Virus record (IMG/VR): IMGVR_UViG_3300046323_000360
Coordinates: 1-64,000 of that record
From: a virus
Direction: 5' to 3' (one strand)
DNA: 64,000 bases
This document shows, in pieces, positions 1 through 9,181 of this stretch (position 1 is the stretch's first letter; every line of letters begins with the position of its first letter). The notes beneath the pieces are model-generated. The model had not been told where the DNA came from. It searched no databases and was given only the letters and a program-made list of their open reading frames with translations. The position numbers and the translations under genes were made by a program.

Positions 1-1649
1 GAACCCAGGGAACTACTGGACTTCAGGGTATTACTGGATTACAGGGTCTAACTGGTCTTCAGGGTATAACTGGTACACAGGGTACTACTGGACTTCAGGG
101 TATTACTGGATTACAGGGTCTAACTGGTCTTCAGGGTATAACTGGTACACAGGGTACTACTGGACTTCAGGGTATTCAAGGTACTCAGGGTTTACTAGGT
201 CTACAGGGTATAACTGGTAGGGATGGTAACTTCGGTGGAGCTACGTTTGACTATACGTTTGACTCTACGGTAACTGCTGCTGACCCAGGAACTGGAAAGC
301 TGCGCTTTAATAACGCAAACTTGACTCTTGGAACATCAATCTACATCGATGCATCTAATGATGCTGCAACTGATATCTCATCATATCTAAATACTATTGA
401 TGACAGTACATCAGTAATTAAGGGACACTTCCGTGTAGCTAAAAAGTTTGATGCTACTGCGTTTGTTCTCTATACAATCACATCGCTAACCAACAACACT
501 GGTTGGTTTACTGTAAATGGTTCGTATGTCTCGGGTAGCGTAACTGCACTAACAAACCTAGATGACATTATTATTACCTTTGTTCGCACAGGTGACAAGG
601 GCGATACTGGTACTCAGGGAACTACTGGTACTCAGGGAGCTACTGGTACGCAAGGCACTCAGGGTATCCAAGGAACAACTGGTATTCAGGGTACGACAGG
701 GCTTCAGGGTCTAACGGGACTCCAAGGTATCACTGGCACTCAGGGAACTACGGGAACTCAGGGTACAACTGGTACACAAGGAACTACGGGAACAACCGGT
801 ATTCAGGGTGCAACTGGAACTCAGGGCACAACTGGAACTCAGGGTGCAACTGGAACTCAAGGTATAACTGGTTTGCAGGGTATTACTGGAACTGCCGGAA
901 CTCAGGGTACGACTGGTACACAGGGCACCACTGGTACTGCAGGTGCCCAAGGAACCACTGGTACAACTGGTCTGCAGGGAACTACTGGAACTACTGGAAC
1001 TCAGGGAACTACTGGTACAACTGGTCTGCAGGGTACCACTGGAACTCAGGGAACTACTGGATTACAGGGTCTGACTGGTACACAGGGTGCCACCGGGCTA
1101 CAAGGACTAACTGGTCTTCAGGGTCTTCAGGGATATCAAGGTAAGTTCACGGTATCTGACACTGCACCATCTTCACCAGTTGCAGGAGATACATGGTTCA
1201 ACTCGACTACTGGTCGCTGGTATGTCTACTATGACCTCTACTGGGTAGAGACATCATCAAATGAAGCTGGTATTCAGGGACCTCTAGGTCTACAAGGTAT
1301 ACAGGGTTCAATTGGTAGCGATGCTGTTCTTACTCTTGGAATTCAGGGCGTCACAGCTGGAACCTATACCCTAGTTCTTACTGATAAAGACAAGGTAGTA
1401 ACAATACCGTCTGGTTCAGTGAAGATTCCAACAAATGCATCTGTTGCATTCCCAATTGGAACTCAAATTGTTGTAATCCTAACTGGAACATCTACTACTA
1501 CTTCAATTAGTGCTACAACTTCTGGAACAACTTCCGTACTATCTAATGGTGCAACAACTGCAAGTCCAATATTAAGAGCTCGGTATTCATCTGCATCGTT
1601 GATTAAAGCTGCAACAGATACTTGGTATGTTGTTGGAGATATTGTCTAA
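1..1649 (+). CDS. Collagen-like (Gly-X-Y) fibre/decoration protein, 5'-truncated by the window
   Basis: Frame 3 is open from position 3 (T-Q-G-T-T-G-L-Q-G...) and continues into the 321..1649 ORF. There are two Gly-X-Y tracts (GTTGLQGIT type) separated by a globular domain, then a SDTAPSSPVAGDTWFNSTTG motif and a C-terminal domain ending WYVVGDI. Confidence 0.85.
   Translation, partial: TQGTTGLQGITGLQGLTGLQGITGTQGTTGLQGITGLQGLTGLQGITGTQGTTGLQGIQGTQGLLGLQGITGRDGNFGGATFDYTFDSTVTAADPGTGKLRFNNANLTLGTSIYIDASNDAATDISSYLNTIDDSTSVIKGHFRVAKKFDATAFVLYTITSLTNNTGWFTVNGSYVSGSVTALTNLDDIIITFVRTGDKGDTGTQGTTGTQGATGTQGTQGIQGTTGIQGTTGLQGLTGLQGITGTQGTTGTQGTTGTQGTTGTTGIQGATGTQGTTGTQGATGTQGITGLQGITGTAGTQGTTGTQGTTGTAGAQGTTGTTGLQGTTGTTGTQGTTGTTGLQGTTGTQGTTGLQGLTGTQGATGLQGLTGLQGLQGYQGKFTVSDTAPSSPVAGDTWFNSTTGRWYVYYDLYWVETSSNEAGIQGPLGLQGIQGSIGSDAVLTLGIQGVTAGTYTLVLTDKDKVVTIPSGSVKIPTNASVAFPIGTQIVVILTGTSTTTSISATTSGTTSVLSNGATTASPILRARYSSASLIKAATDTWYVVGDIV
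12..176 (+). repeat. Perfect 72-bp tandem duplication (about 2.3 copies) within the collagen-coding tract
   Basis: ACTACTGGACTTCAGGGTATTACTGGATTACAGGGTCTAACTGGTCTTCAGGGTATAACTGGTACACAGGGT at 12-83 and 84-155, with a partial copy at 156-176. Confidence 0.9.
590..1143 (+). repeat. Degenerate 9/18-bp coding repeats (Gly-X-Gln/Gly-X-Thr collagen triplets)
   Basis: Long run of GGNACNCARGGNACNACN-like units encoding about 60 consecutive Gly-X-Y triplets. Confidence 0.9.
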
Positions 1650-2596
1650 TGTTTATTTCTACTGGTGTAGCATCCTCATCCAACTCGCTAACTGGTGGAG
1701 CAGGATATGTTTATGGAGGAAACCCTATTAGTGAAAAATTTTTATTCCTAAGAGAAATAATAACTGCGCGACCGCCTGCACTTTCTCAGTCTATCTCTAG
1801 AACTGGAGCGGCTGGAGTGTCAGATTCTGGAATAGCAGGATACGTTATTGCCGGCTCTAGCGACTCGGGAGCAGCGGAAATTACTTCAACATCTAAAGTA
1901 CTATTCTCCACAGACGCAACATCAACAATATCGTCAACGATATCTACAGCTGTATATCAATCGCATGGCTTTGAGAACAGCGGGACTGCAGGATATGTTG
2001 CTGGAGGATATACAGGAGGATATACAGCTGTAGTGTCTATAATAAATAAATTAAATTTTTCAACAACAGCTATTAGCACTTTAGCTACATCCCTAACTAC
2101 CGCTAAGGCAAAAGTTGTAGCAATTAGTAATAAAAATGCAAATGGCTATATGGGAACTGGTACAGATACTAGTCCAACATCATATTTAGATATAGATAAA
2201 TTATCTTTTTCTACAGAAACTAAGTCTAATCTAGGGAATGTTTTACACGCCTATTACTCTGGTGGAACTGGCTTGTCAAATTCAGGAACCTTTGGATATT
2301 TTGCAGGTGAGCTCAGTGCTACTTTAGCTGGTGGATTTAGCGTAGAGAAGATATCATATTCTACAGATGTGACTTCGCAACTTTATGCAATAATATCCAG
2401 TGGAAGAGGTGGATCGGCCGGGATGAGCAAGGTCGGTAAGGCTGGATATTTAGCTGGTGGCCAAAATACTTCAAGTGGTACCTTAAGTACAGTAGCTAAA
2501 ATATCATACTCCACTGACACCCATAGCGTACTCTCATCCGCCATGGGTACTGCAGGGTTTGCTATTACTGGTATATCAAATTCAGGTTCATTCTAA
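1649..2596 (+). CDS. Kelch-like beta-propeller repeat protein (putative virion or receptor-binding protein)
   Basis: True start is probably the ATG at 1649, overlapping the upstream TAA (TAATG). About 6 repeats of S-x-S-G-x-A-G-Y-x-A-G-G...K-I/L-x-F/Y-S-T-D/E-T. Confidence 0.7.
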   Translation: MFISTGVASSSNSLTGGAGYVYGGNPISEKFLFLREIITARPPALSQSISRTGAAGVSDSGIAGYVIAGSSDSGAAEITSTSKVLFSTDATSTISSTISTAVYQSHGFENSGTAGYVAGGYTGGYTAVVSIINKLNFSTTAISTLATSLTTAKAKVVAISNKNANGYMGTGTDTSPTSYLDIDKLSFSTETKSNLGNVLHAYYSGGTGLSNSGTFGYFAGELSATLAGGFSVEKISYSTDVTSQLYAIISSGRGGSAGMSKVGKAGYLAGGQNTSSGTLSTVAKISYSTDTHSVLSSAMGTAGFAITGISNSGSF

Positions 2597-2607
2597 AAAG
2601 GAAAATA

Positions 2608-3195
2608 ATGACAAACAACTTACCAGACGTAATAGTCAATAAAAACAGAGCAACAATTGCTGGAGAAATATTTTCTGCAATTGAAGAAGTTCAGCAGTCA
2701 AGATCAAGATTTCAATTAGAGTCTTTTGTTATACGGCAGCACGATACGCCTCAAATGCAATACTACCAGGCATGCATAGAGCTTCAGGATATGCTATATA
2801 AATATCAGCGTACCGTACTTGGAGTCAAAAAGACTCAAGTAGAGATTGCCAGACTGCGTGAGTCTGGAGATGAAGTTCAAGAGATTGAAGCCCAGATTAT
2901 GGAGCTTGACCTGCAGCAGACTCTAGTAGTTATGAATGGTGCAGAACGTGAAATAGAGCACCTAGTCGAGATATGGGACTCATTTCCTAAGTTTACTCGT
3001 GAAGAGATTGAAGCAGCAGAACCTCACTACTGGGAGCTACGACTGACTCGCCAAGTTGAGATGCAAGCACTAGGTCAAGGCCACGTGGATATGGCTCAGT
3101 TGGATGCTATGCGTCAGGCTGGATTTCTTGAGTCATTTCTAAGCAAGCAGACATCAGCAGCTAAGACAACTGAAGAATCTAAAAAAGTAGAATAA
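2608..3195 (+). CDS. Hypothetical helical/coiled-coil protein (possible fibre chaperone)
   Basis: 195-aa ORF with an AAGGA SD; Gln/Glu-rich helical composition unlike the flanking structural genes. Confidence 0.65.
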   Translation: MTNNLPDVIVNKNRATIAGEIFSAIEEVQQSRSRFQLESFVIRQHDTPQMQYYQACIELQDMLYKYQRTVLGVKKTQVEIARLRESGDEVQEIEAQIMELDLQQTLVVMNGAEREIEHLVEIWDSFPKFTREEIEAAEPHYWELRLTRQVEMQALGQGHVDMAQLDAMRQAGFLESFLSKQTSAAKTTEESKKVE

Positions 3196-3219
3196 GCCTA
3201 GAAAAGGTAAAATAGAGAT

Positions 3220-3648
3220 ATGGCTATAGACTTCCCAAACTCACCTGCAACAAACGATACGTTTACCGTATCTGGTAAGACCTGGATTTGGACCGGATCT
3301 GTTTGGAATACCGTAACCTCTTCCACTATTCAGGGTCCAACTGGTGCCACTGGTGCTCAGGGTACTGCCGGGTCTAATGGTGCTCAGGGTATAGCTGGTG
3401 CTCCTGCTATCACATATAGCGAAACTGCCCCATCGTCACCAGTAGTCGGAGACATGTGGGTAGACTCAAATACTGGAATTGAATATGTCTATGTAAATGA
3501 CGGAACATCCAGCCAATGGGTTAACCTATCTAGTCCTGGATACCAAACAATTCAAGGAACTAACGGGCTTCAGGGTATTCAAGGTCTTCAAGGAACCACA
3601 GCTTTGTCTTATACAGACTACGCATTTTTATCAGTCAACTACAAATAA
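3220..3648 (+). CDS. Short collagen-like fibre protein with MAIDFP N-terminal module
   Basis: MAIDFPNSPATND...TWIWTGSVW start, Gly-X-Y stretches, and a SETAPSSPVVGDMWVDSNTG motif shared with the 1..1649 protein. Confidence 0.75.
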   Translation: MAIDFPNSPATNDTFTVSGKTWIWTGSVWNTVTSSTIQGPTGATGAQGTAGSNGAQGIAGAPAITYSETAPSSPVVGDMWVDSNTGIEYVYVNDGTSSQWVNLSSPGYQTIQGTNGLQGIQGLQGTTALSYTDYAFLSVNYK

Positions 3649-3659
3649 GGAAATAAATA

Positions 3660-4130
3660 ATGGCATCAACACCTCAATTTGCCTCGACAGCGCAGACCTG
3701 GCTAGCATCAGGATGGCTTATCCTTGCTGGCGGTACTACTCAGTCATCAACAATTTCAGATGCCGCTATCGGTGGTGCCAACTCTCGAAGCGGTAAGTCA
3801 GCTACGCTACCAACTGGAGCAGTGCTTCTTGTTACAGCTGGAGCTAGCGGATCTAGAGTGGACGAAGTAACCTTTACAGCTCTAACTACATCATCAGCCA
3901 ACGTTGGTCGTATTTTTATTGCAGATGCGAGCTCTACTCGCGTATTTCTATATAAGGAAGTATCGATTCCAGCTGTGACTGCAGCTGCTGGTACTCCAGT
4001 TGCTTCGGTAACAACATCATTCAACAACCTAATCCTTGCGGCTGGATATAAACTATATGTTTCAGTAGCAACCATGGGTACAACAACTGATGGTGGTTAT
4101 TCTGTAACTGCATTTGGTGGAGACTTCTAA
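3660..4130 (+). CDS. Hypothetical virion beta-sandwich protein
   Basis: 156 aa, AAGGA SD, Ala/Thr/Ser-rich, ends AFGGDF; lies within the fibre cluster. Confidence 0.65.
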   Translation: MASTPQFASTAQTWLASGWLILAGGTTQSSTISDAAIGGANSRSGKSATLPTGAVLLVTAGASGSRVDEVTFTALTTSSANVGRIFIADASSTRVFLYKEVSIPAVTAAAGTPVASVTTSFNNLILAAGYKLYVSVATMGTTTDGGYSVTAFGGDF

Positions 4131-4132
4131 AA

Positions 4133-5056
4133 ATGAATAAAGGTACATTACGAGGATATGGATATATTCCACCTGACTTAGAGCTAAAGATGGTAGTTAC
4201 CAGCACAGGCTACGTAGACATTCCATCTAATGTATCTGTCGTTTTTGCTGTACTTGCTGGAGGCGGTGGCGGAGGCGGCGGTGGAACAACTACAACTAAC
4301 TCCGGAGCCGGTGGCGGAGGTGGTGGAGCTGTAGTCGCAGGCTGGGTTCCAGCCTCGAACTATGCAACTATCGGTGCTGGTGGTACTGGTGGTAACAACT
4401 CTATCGGTGGTACTGGTGGTACAACATATTACTCGACTCTATTTGCAGCCGGTGGTTCTGGTGGCGGAGTTGGTGCTACAGCTGGAGTAGCTTCTGCTAA
4501 CGGTGGTGGAGCTGGTGGTGGCGGTATTAACGCTGGTACAGCAACTGCAGGCGGAGCTCAGTCTATATTTGTATACCACTTAGGTGCAGCTGGCGGACTT
4601 GCACTAGCAAGCACATCTACAACAACTGCAACTGCTACTGCAGGTAGCAGCGGCGCGGCTGGTGGCGGTGGTGGAAGTCTATATGGAACATCTACAACAA
4701 CTGGAACTCTTGCTGGAGGTGCTGGTGGAGTAGGTCTAACTGGCGGTGGAGGCGGAGCCTGCGCAAACACCTCTACGGCATTTGACGGTACTTGCACTGG
4801 AGGTGCTGGCGGTAATGGTGAATTTCCTGGCGGTACAGGTGGTACTGCAACTGGAACAAACTTAGCTAAATACTGCGCAGGAGGTGGAGGCGGAGGTATA
4901 GTAGGGCCTGGAGCTGCAGGAGCTGGTAACACAACCGCGGTTGCAACCGCTGGTGGTAACGGTGGAGTTGGAGGCGGCGGCGGAGGCGGTGGCCTAGGAG
5001 CCGCGTCTCTTGTAGGTGGTGTAGGAGGAGTAGGCGCAGTCCTACTTTATTGGTAA
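4133..5056 (+). CDS. Glycine-rich fibre/spike protein (paralog 1)
   Basis: Poly-Gly runs, a VFAVLAGGGGGG start motif and a GGVGAVLLYW end, typical of phage Gly-rich (polyglycine II) tail proteins. Confidence 0.75.
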   Translation: MNKGTLRGYGYIPPDLELKMVVTSTGYVDIPSNVSVVFAVLAGGGGGGGGGTTTTNSGAGGGGGGAVVAGWVPASNYATIGAGGTGGNNSIGGTGGTTYYSTLFAAGGSGGGVGATAGVASANGGGAGGGGINAGTATAGGAQSIFVYHLGAAGGLALASTSTTTATATAGSSGAAGGGGGSLYGTSTTTGTLAGGAGGVGLTGGGGGACANTSTAFDGTCTGGAGGNGEFPGGTGGTATGTNLAKYCAGGGGGGIVGPGAAGAGNTTAVATAGGNGGVGGGGGGGGLGAASLVGGVGGVGAVLLYW

Positions 5057-5057
5057 C

Positions 5058-5900
5058 ATGACTGTAAATCATTTAGTACCAACTGGTTTAACTTTACGAT
5101 ATGCAATAACAGCTACTGGCTACGTAGATATTCCTTCTGAAATATCTACAGTATTTGTCATACTTGCTGGTGGTGGCGGTAGAGGTGGTAGCCTATCTGG
5201 CGCAGGAGCTAGTGGCGGCGGTGGTGGAGGTGCCGTAGTTGCAGGCTGGGTTCCAGCCAGTAATTCTGTAATAATTGGCGCTGGTGGTGCACCTGGCGGT
5301 ACAACAACATACAGTTCTTTGTTTGCATATGGTGGCGGTGCAGGTGGTGCTAACATAGGAAATGCTGGATCTGGCACAAATGGGTCTGCTGGAGGTGGCG
5401 GAGGAAGTTCAGGTTCAGCAGCTAATGCTTTAGGTGCTCAGTCTTCTCTGGTTTATCAGCTAGGAGGCGCTGGTGGTACAGCCTCTGCCACGTCAGGAAC
5501 TGCAGCTGGGACAGGAGCTTTTGGTTCTTCTGGCGGCGGTGGTGGAGGTGCTGCTTTCAACTCTATTGGAGTGACAGCGCTTGGAGGATTAGGCGGGAAC
5601 GGATTAGTTGGCGGCGGCGGCGGGGGAGCATATAACGCGGGAGCTAGCGCAACTATTGCCCAAGGTAGGGCTGGTGGTAGGGGACTTTTTTCAGGAGGAG
5701 CTGGATATACCAGTCCTTCAGGTACCACTCAAGGAGCTGGAGGTGGCGGCGGAGGTGGCCTACTAGGTCCTGGATTTGATACTTCAACTGTAAATGGTGG
5801 CGCTGGCGGTGCCGGCGGTGGCGGAGGCGGTGGAGCTGGAAACGGTGGTGGCGCGACTGGCGGTGCCGGTGGCGTAGGTTGTGTTTTAATTTATTGGTAA
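5058..5900 (+). CDS. Glycine-rich fibre/spike protein (paralog 2)
   Basis: Shares TGYVDIPS, LAGGGG, GAVVAGWVPASN and the terminal GGVGxVLxYW with 4133..5056. Confidence 0.75.
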   Translation: MTVNHLVPTGLTLRYAITATGYVDIPSEISTVFVILAGGGGRGGSLSGAGASGGGGGGAVVAGWVPASNSVIIGAGGAPGGTTTYSSLFAYGGGAGGANIGNAGSGTNGSAGGGGGSSGSAANALGAQSSLVYQLGGAGGTASATSGTAAGTGAFGSSGGGGGGAAFNSIGVTALGGLGGNGLVGGGGGGAYNAGASATIAQGRAGGRGLFSGGAGYTSPSGTTQGAGGGGGGGLLGPGFDTSTVNGGAGGAGGGGGGGAGNGGGATGGAGGVGCVLIYW

Positions 5901-5920
5901 TAAAGATATAAGGAGATAAA

Positions 5921-6106
5921 ATGGCAACATTTGCAGTAGTAAACCCTGATGGTGGGGCAGTAACTAATACCGTTGCAGGAGATAGTTTAGAGTCAGTCTC
6001 TCAGGTAGTAGGACCTTGCGTAGAAATTACCGAGGCTACTGGTGGAGCCAGTATTGGTGACACATGGGATGCCGAGACTCAGACCTTTATACGAGCCGTG
6101 GTATAA
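5921..6106 (+). CDS. Small hypothetical protein (fibre-associated)
   Basis: 61 aa with a strong AAGGAG SD; ASIGDTWD motif; follows the Gly-rich genes. Confidence 0.65.
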   Translation: MATFAVVNPDGGAVTNTVAGDSLESVSQVVGPCVEITEATGGASIGDTWDAETQTFIRAVV

Positions 6107-6113
6107 TTAACTC

Positions 6114-6653
6114 ATGGCTATTGACTTCCCTACATCACCTGCAACTAATGATATATATACATATAATGGTCGTACCTGGAAGTTTAACGGCTCCGCTTGG
6201 GACTTTACATCAGTAAACTACACGACTACATTCTCTAATGCTAATTTTGTAGCTGCGACCGAAACAGTAAATATAGTAGCTTCTTCTGCAACTGGAACAG
6301 TCAACATAGATGCTCTTACTGCCTCTGCTTGGTATTACACTTCTAATGCTTCAGCAAACTTTACTCTAAATTTTAGAGGTAATTCTGGTACAGCACTAAG
6401 CAGTATTCTTGCTGTCGGGGAATCTATGACTTTTAGTTTCTTAAATACAAATGGTACAACTGCGTATTATGCCAATGTAATTCAGATAGATGGATCTACA
6501 ACTAACGTAGTTACTGACTGGCAAAATGGAATAGCACCTGTAGGAGGTAATCCTTCAGGAACTGATGTTTACTCTTTTTCAGTTATAAAAACATCTTCTA
6601 GTACTACTCCACATACATACCTAATACTAGGCACTCAAGTAAAGTTCGCATAA
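6114..6653 (+). CDS. Virion protein with MAIDFP N-terminal module
   Basis: MAIDFPTSPATND...TWKFNGSAW start paralogous to 3220..3648; C-terminal beta domain (GTDVYSFSVIKT). Confidence 0.7.
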   Translation: MAIDFPTSPATNDIYTYNGRTWKFNGSAWDFTSVNYTTTFSNANFVAATETVNIVASSATGTVNIDALTASAWYYTSNASANFTLNFRGNSGTALSSILAVGESMTFSFLNTNGTTAYYANVIQIDGSTTNVVTDWQNGIAPVGGNPSGTDVYSFSVIKTSSSTTPHTYLILGTQVKFA

Positions 6654-7936
6654 TGCCTTTAGCAAGTTCTATCGGATCTCTCTCATCTAAAGCTTCTGGA
6701 CACTTATCTAGTGAGCAGAGTCCTTATTTTGCTATGAGGCAATCTGGAATAGGTTATGGATGTTTTATAAAAGGTAAAAATGGACCGCTATGGACAGTTG
6801 GATACCAAGATATAACTAAATATGATGGTTTAGGTAATATCGTGTGGTGTAAAACAATAAGCACTACTACCGAGAGTTATAGTTGCACTGTAGACCATTT
6901 AGACAACTTACTAGTGGGTCATTATAGATATTTTGCAGTATCAAAATTTGATACTAATGGGGATCTTTTATGGTATAAAAGATTTGATACTAACGTATCA
7001 TCAGCTATAAAATCAATAACTGTAGATAATTCTGGATGCATATATGTATCTGGACAACTATCTACAGCTGTGGGCGTAGTAATGAAGTTAGATCCCAATG
7101 GTACACTTCTCTGGAGCGTATCAAGCGCTGCAATATCACACGACAATATAACATACGAGTTTTATTCCGATACTGTTACAGTAGTTAGCACAATCGGAAC
7201 AGTCAGCCCATTCAGTGCAGCTATGATAAATTTTTCAGCAGCAACCGGAGTAGTTAACTGGGAAAGAACATTCACCCCTGCTGCTGGAACTACTGATATT
7301 GTTGCTGGTACAGTAAGTGCCGATGCAGCTGGAAATATATATGCAACATTTGGACAGAACTCATCAACCCTGGGCGGATATACATGCGCAGTATATAAAT
7401 ATAGTTCTGCTGGAACACTTTTATGGTCTAAATATTATGTAAATAGCGTAGCAATTTCTATATCCTTCGGGTATCCAACTATTACTACTCCAGACACTAA
7501 CACTACTGAAGCCTATCTATCTATCTATTCTTCAGCAGCTGGTGGAAGTGCTAGTGGATTCGTGAAAATAGATAGTGCAAATGGGAACATACTTACTAAT
7601 ATAAAAGTCACCCCTCAATCTGGAGGAAATACACTTCTATATTCGCATGTAGCTTCGGATGGGACTATAGCTCTTAGGAGTACTGGCACTCTTGGAATAA
7701 TTAAAATCCCTAGTGATGGCTCTATAACTGGTACTTTCAACTCAGAGGGACTTACACCGAGTAACTTTTTAACTATAGGTGCTGGAACGTTTACAACTGG
7801 AACTATAGCCAACATTACAGTTGGAACCACCAATACTCACGCGCATGCAGCTGCAGGTCTAGCACTTCAAGCCGGATCAATCCCACTATTGGCTGCAAGT
7901 ATAAGTAATAACCTTGCAGTTTGTTACATTAGATAG
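6653..7936 (+). CDS. Beta-propeller repeat protein (SBBP/PQQ-like; putative receptor-binding)
   Basis: Repeated K-Y/F/L-D-x-x-G-x-L-L-W and D-x-x-G-N-I-Y motifs; translationally coupled (TAATG). Confidence 0.7.
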   Translation: MPLASSIGSLSSKASGHLSSEQSPYFAMRQSGIGYGCFIKGKNGPLWTVGYQDITKYDGLGNIVWCKTISTTTESYSCTVDHLDNLLVGHYRYFAVSKFDTNGDLLWYKRFDTNVSSAIKSITVDNSGCIYVSGQLSTAVGVVMKLDPNGTLLWSVSSAAISHDNITYEFYSDTVTVVSTIGTVSPFSAAMINFSAATGVVNWERTFTPAAGTTDIVAGTVSADAAGNIYATFGQNSSTLGGYTCAVYKYSSAGTLLWSKYYVNSVAISISFGYPTITTPDTNTTEAYLSIYSSAAGGSASGFVKIDSANGNILTNIKVTPQSGGNTLLYSHVASDGTIALRSTGTLGIIKIPSDGSITGTFNSEGLTPSNFLTIGAGTFTTGTIANITVGTTNTHAHAAAGLALQAGSIPLLAASISNNLAVCYIR

Positions 7937-7938
7937 TT

Positions 7939-8607
7939 CTATCTAACCCAAATCATTCCAACATCTGCTGTTGGACGTAGATTAGCGCGTCTCCATCCAG
8001 AGGTAGTCCACCACTTCTCTCTTTTTTTACGAAGAGTGTCTAGTGATTCGCTACCAATAGAATGCCATACGGGGGTCTCTGGTTCCTGTAGGTGGTTTTC
8101 AATAAACTGGAACATAAACTCCGAGTACCCAATGCTCTTTAGATATTCCAGTTGAGCTTCATGCTCACCAAGGGTTTCCTGAGTCCACTCAAACACCAAG
8201 GTCCCGCAGTTCTGAGTAAGACCATGAAATACACTCCACTCAGCACCTTCAACATCAATCTTTACTAAGTCTGGTTTTCCATACTTCTCAATAAGGGCGT
8301 CCAGCGTAATTGTATTAACCTGAATGGTTCTAAACTCTTTACCGTTATAAGGCATAGTATCCGAAGTGAGCCAGTCTTTATTTAGAGTAGATAGACCATC
8401 TTCTACGGCCTCATAAAACTCTAGACGCTTTCCAGATTTTTCAGCTACAGCAACCTTGAGTGGAATTACATTTGGATTGTATATAAAGTTGTTCACTAAC
8501 TTAGCAAAAATCTTAGGAGCTGGTTCAAGTGCAACAACTGAATAACCTAGCTCAAGTCCCGCTAGTGTTGCATCACCTCGGTTAGCACCAATATCAAATA
8601 GAAGCAT
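7939..8607 (-). CDS. FkbM-family SAM-dependent methyltransferase
   Basis: FDIGANRG SAM-binding motif, ALEP, TLDAL and KIDVEGAE signature. Confidence 0.9.
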   Translation of the reverse strand: MLLFDIGANRGDATLAGLELGYSVVALEPAPKIFAKLVNNFIYNPNVIPLKVAVAEKSGKRLEFYEAVEDGLSTLNKDWLTSDTMPYNGKEFRTIQVNTITLDALIEKYGKPDLVKIDVEGAEWSVFHGLTQNCGTLVFEWTQETLGEHEAQLEYLKSIGYSEFMFQFIENHLQEPETPVWHSIGSESLDTLRKKREKWWTTSGWRRANLRPTADVGMIWVR

Positions 8608-9181
8608 ATGAGCTGCGCATCCTCTCTAGATTAGAAGTAATTGCCAAAGAATACTCTGGAGATATTTCTGGCATTGCTGAAAGTTTAGCCATAATTTCTA
8701 TGCTCTCATCGCGCCTACCAACCCACCAGGCAGCGACTGCTTTCTGAAATAGTAGAGAGTAGTCACCGGGATAATCTACGTGTATGGGTAAGGTATTTTC
8801 TTTATTAATGAACTCTAAACCTAGAGAGGCAAAAGTGTAAGCTTCCTGCCAATTACCAGAACGCTCGTGAAACCGAGACATTAGTAGATATGCCTCTGGC
8901 CGATTAGGGATATACGCCAATGCCTGAAGCAATACATTACTTACAGTTATTTGCCTATTTTTCTGACCTTCGATACATAAAGAAATTCTAAGCAAAGCTG
9001 AATAAACGGTTAAAGGTCTACTGTTGTAGCCATACTCAGCTGCTCGAAGATAGAAAGACACAGCAGAAGCTGTCTGACCAAGCTTCTCATACTCTGTTGC
9101 TATGACTAAATTCTTGTCAGGGTTTAGTGGATCAACAGAAGCATTAACAACTAATCTTTCAATAATTTCATTAGAACTCAT
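8594..9181 (-). CDS. TPR-like helical repeat protein
   Basis: A-x-S-F-Y-L-R-A-A-E and P-N-R-P-E-A-Y-L-L-M-S-R TPR-like motifs; overlaps both neighbouring genes. Confidence 0.7.
   Translation of the reverse strand: MSSNEIIERLVVNASVDPLNPDKNLVIATEYEKLGQTASAVSFYLRAAEYGYNSRPLTVYSALLRISLCIEGQKNRQITVSNVLLQALAYIPNRPEAYLLMSRFHERSGNWQEAYTFASLGLEFINKENTLPIHVDYPGDYSLLFQKAVAAWWVGRRDESIEIMAKLSAMPEISPEYSLAITSNLERMRSSYASI

Noticed and set aside
1-1143. Repeat tract as a CRISPR array or non-coding satellite
   Set aside because: The repeats are in-frame Gly-X-Y codons with synonymous variation and no unique spacers.
4558-5728. Pro-rich minus-strand ORFs (4558-4932, 5120-5377, 5456-5728)
   Set aside because: These are antisense shadows of GGN-rich Gly codons.
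4133-5900. Diversity-generating retroelement (TR/VR pair)
   Set aside because: No reverse transcriptase in the window; differences between the paralogs are not adenine-specific and both copies are full genes.
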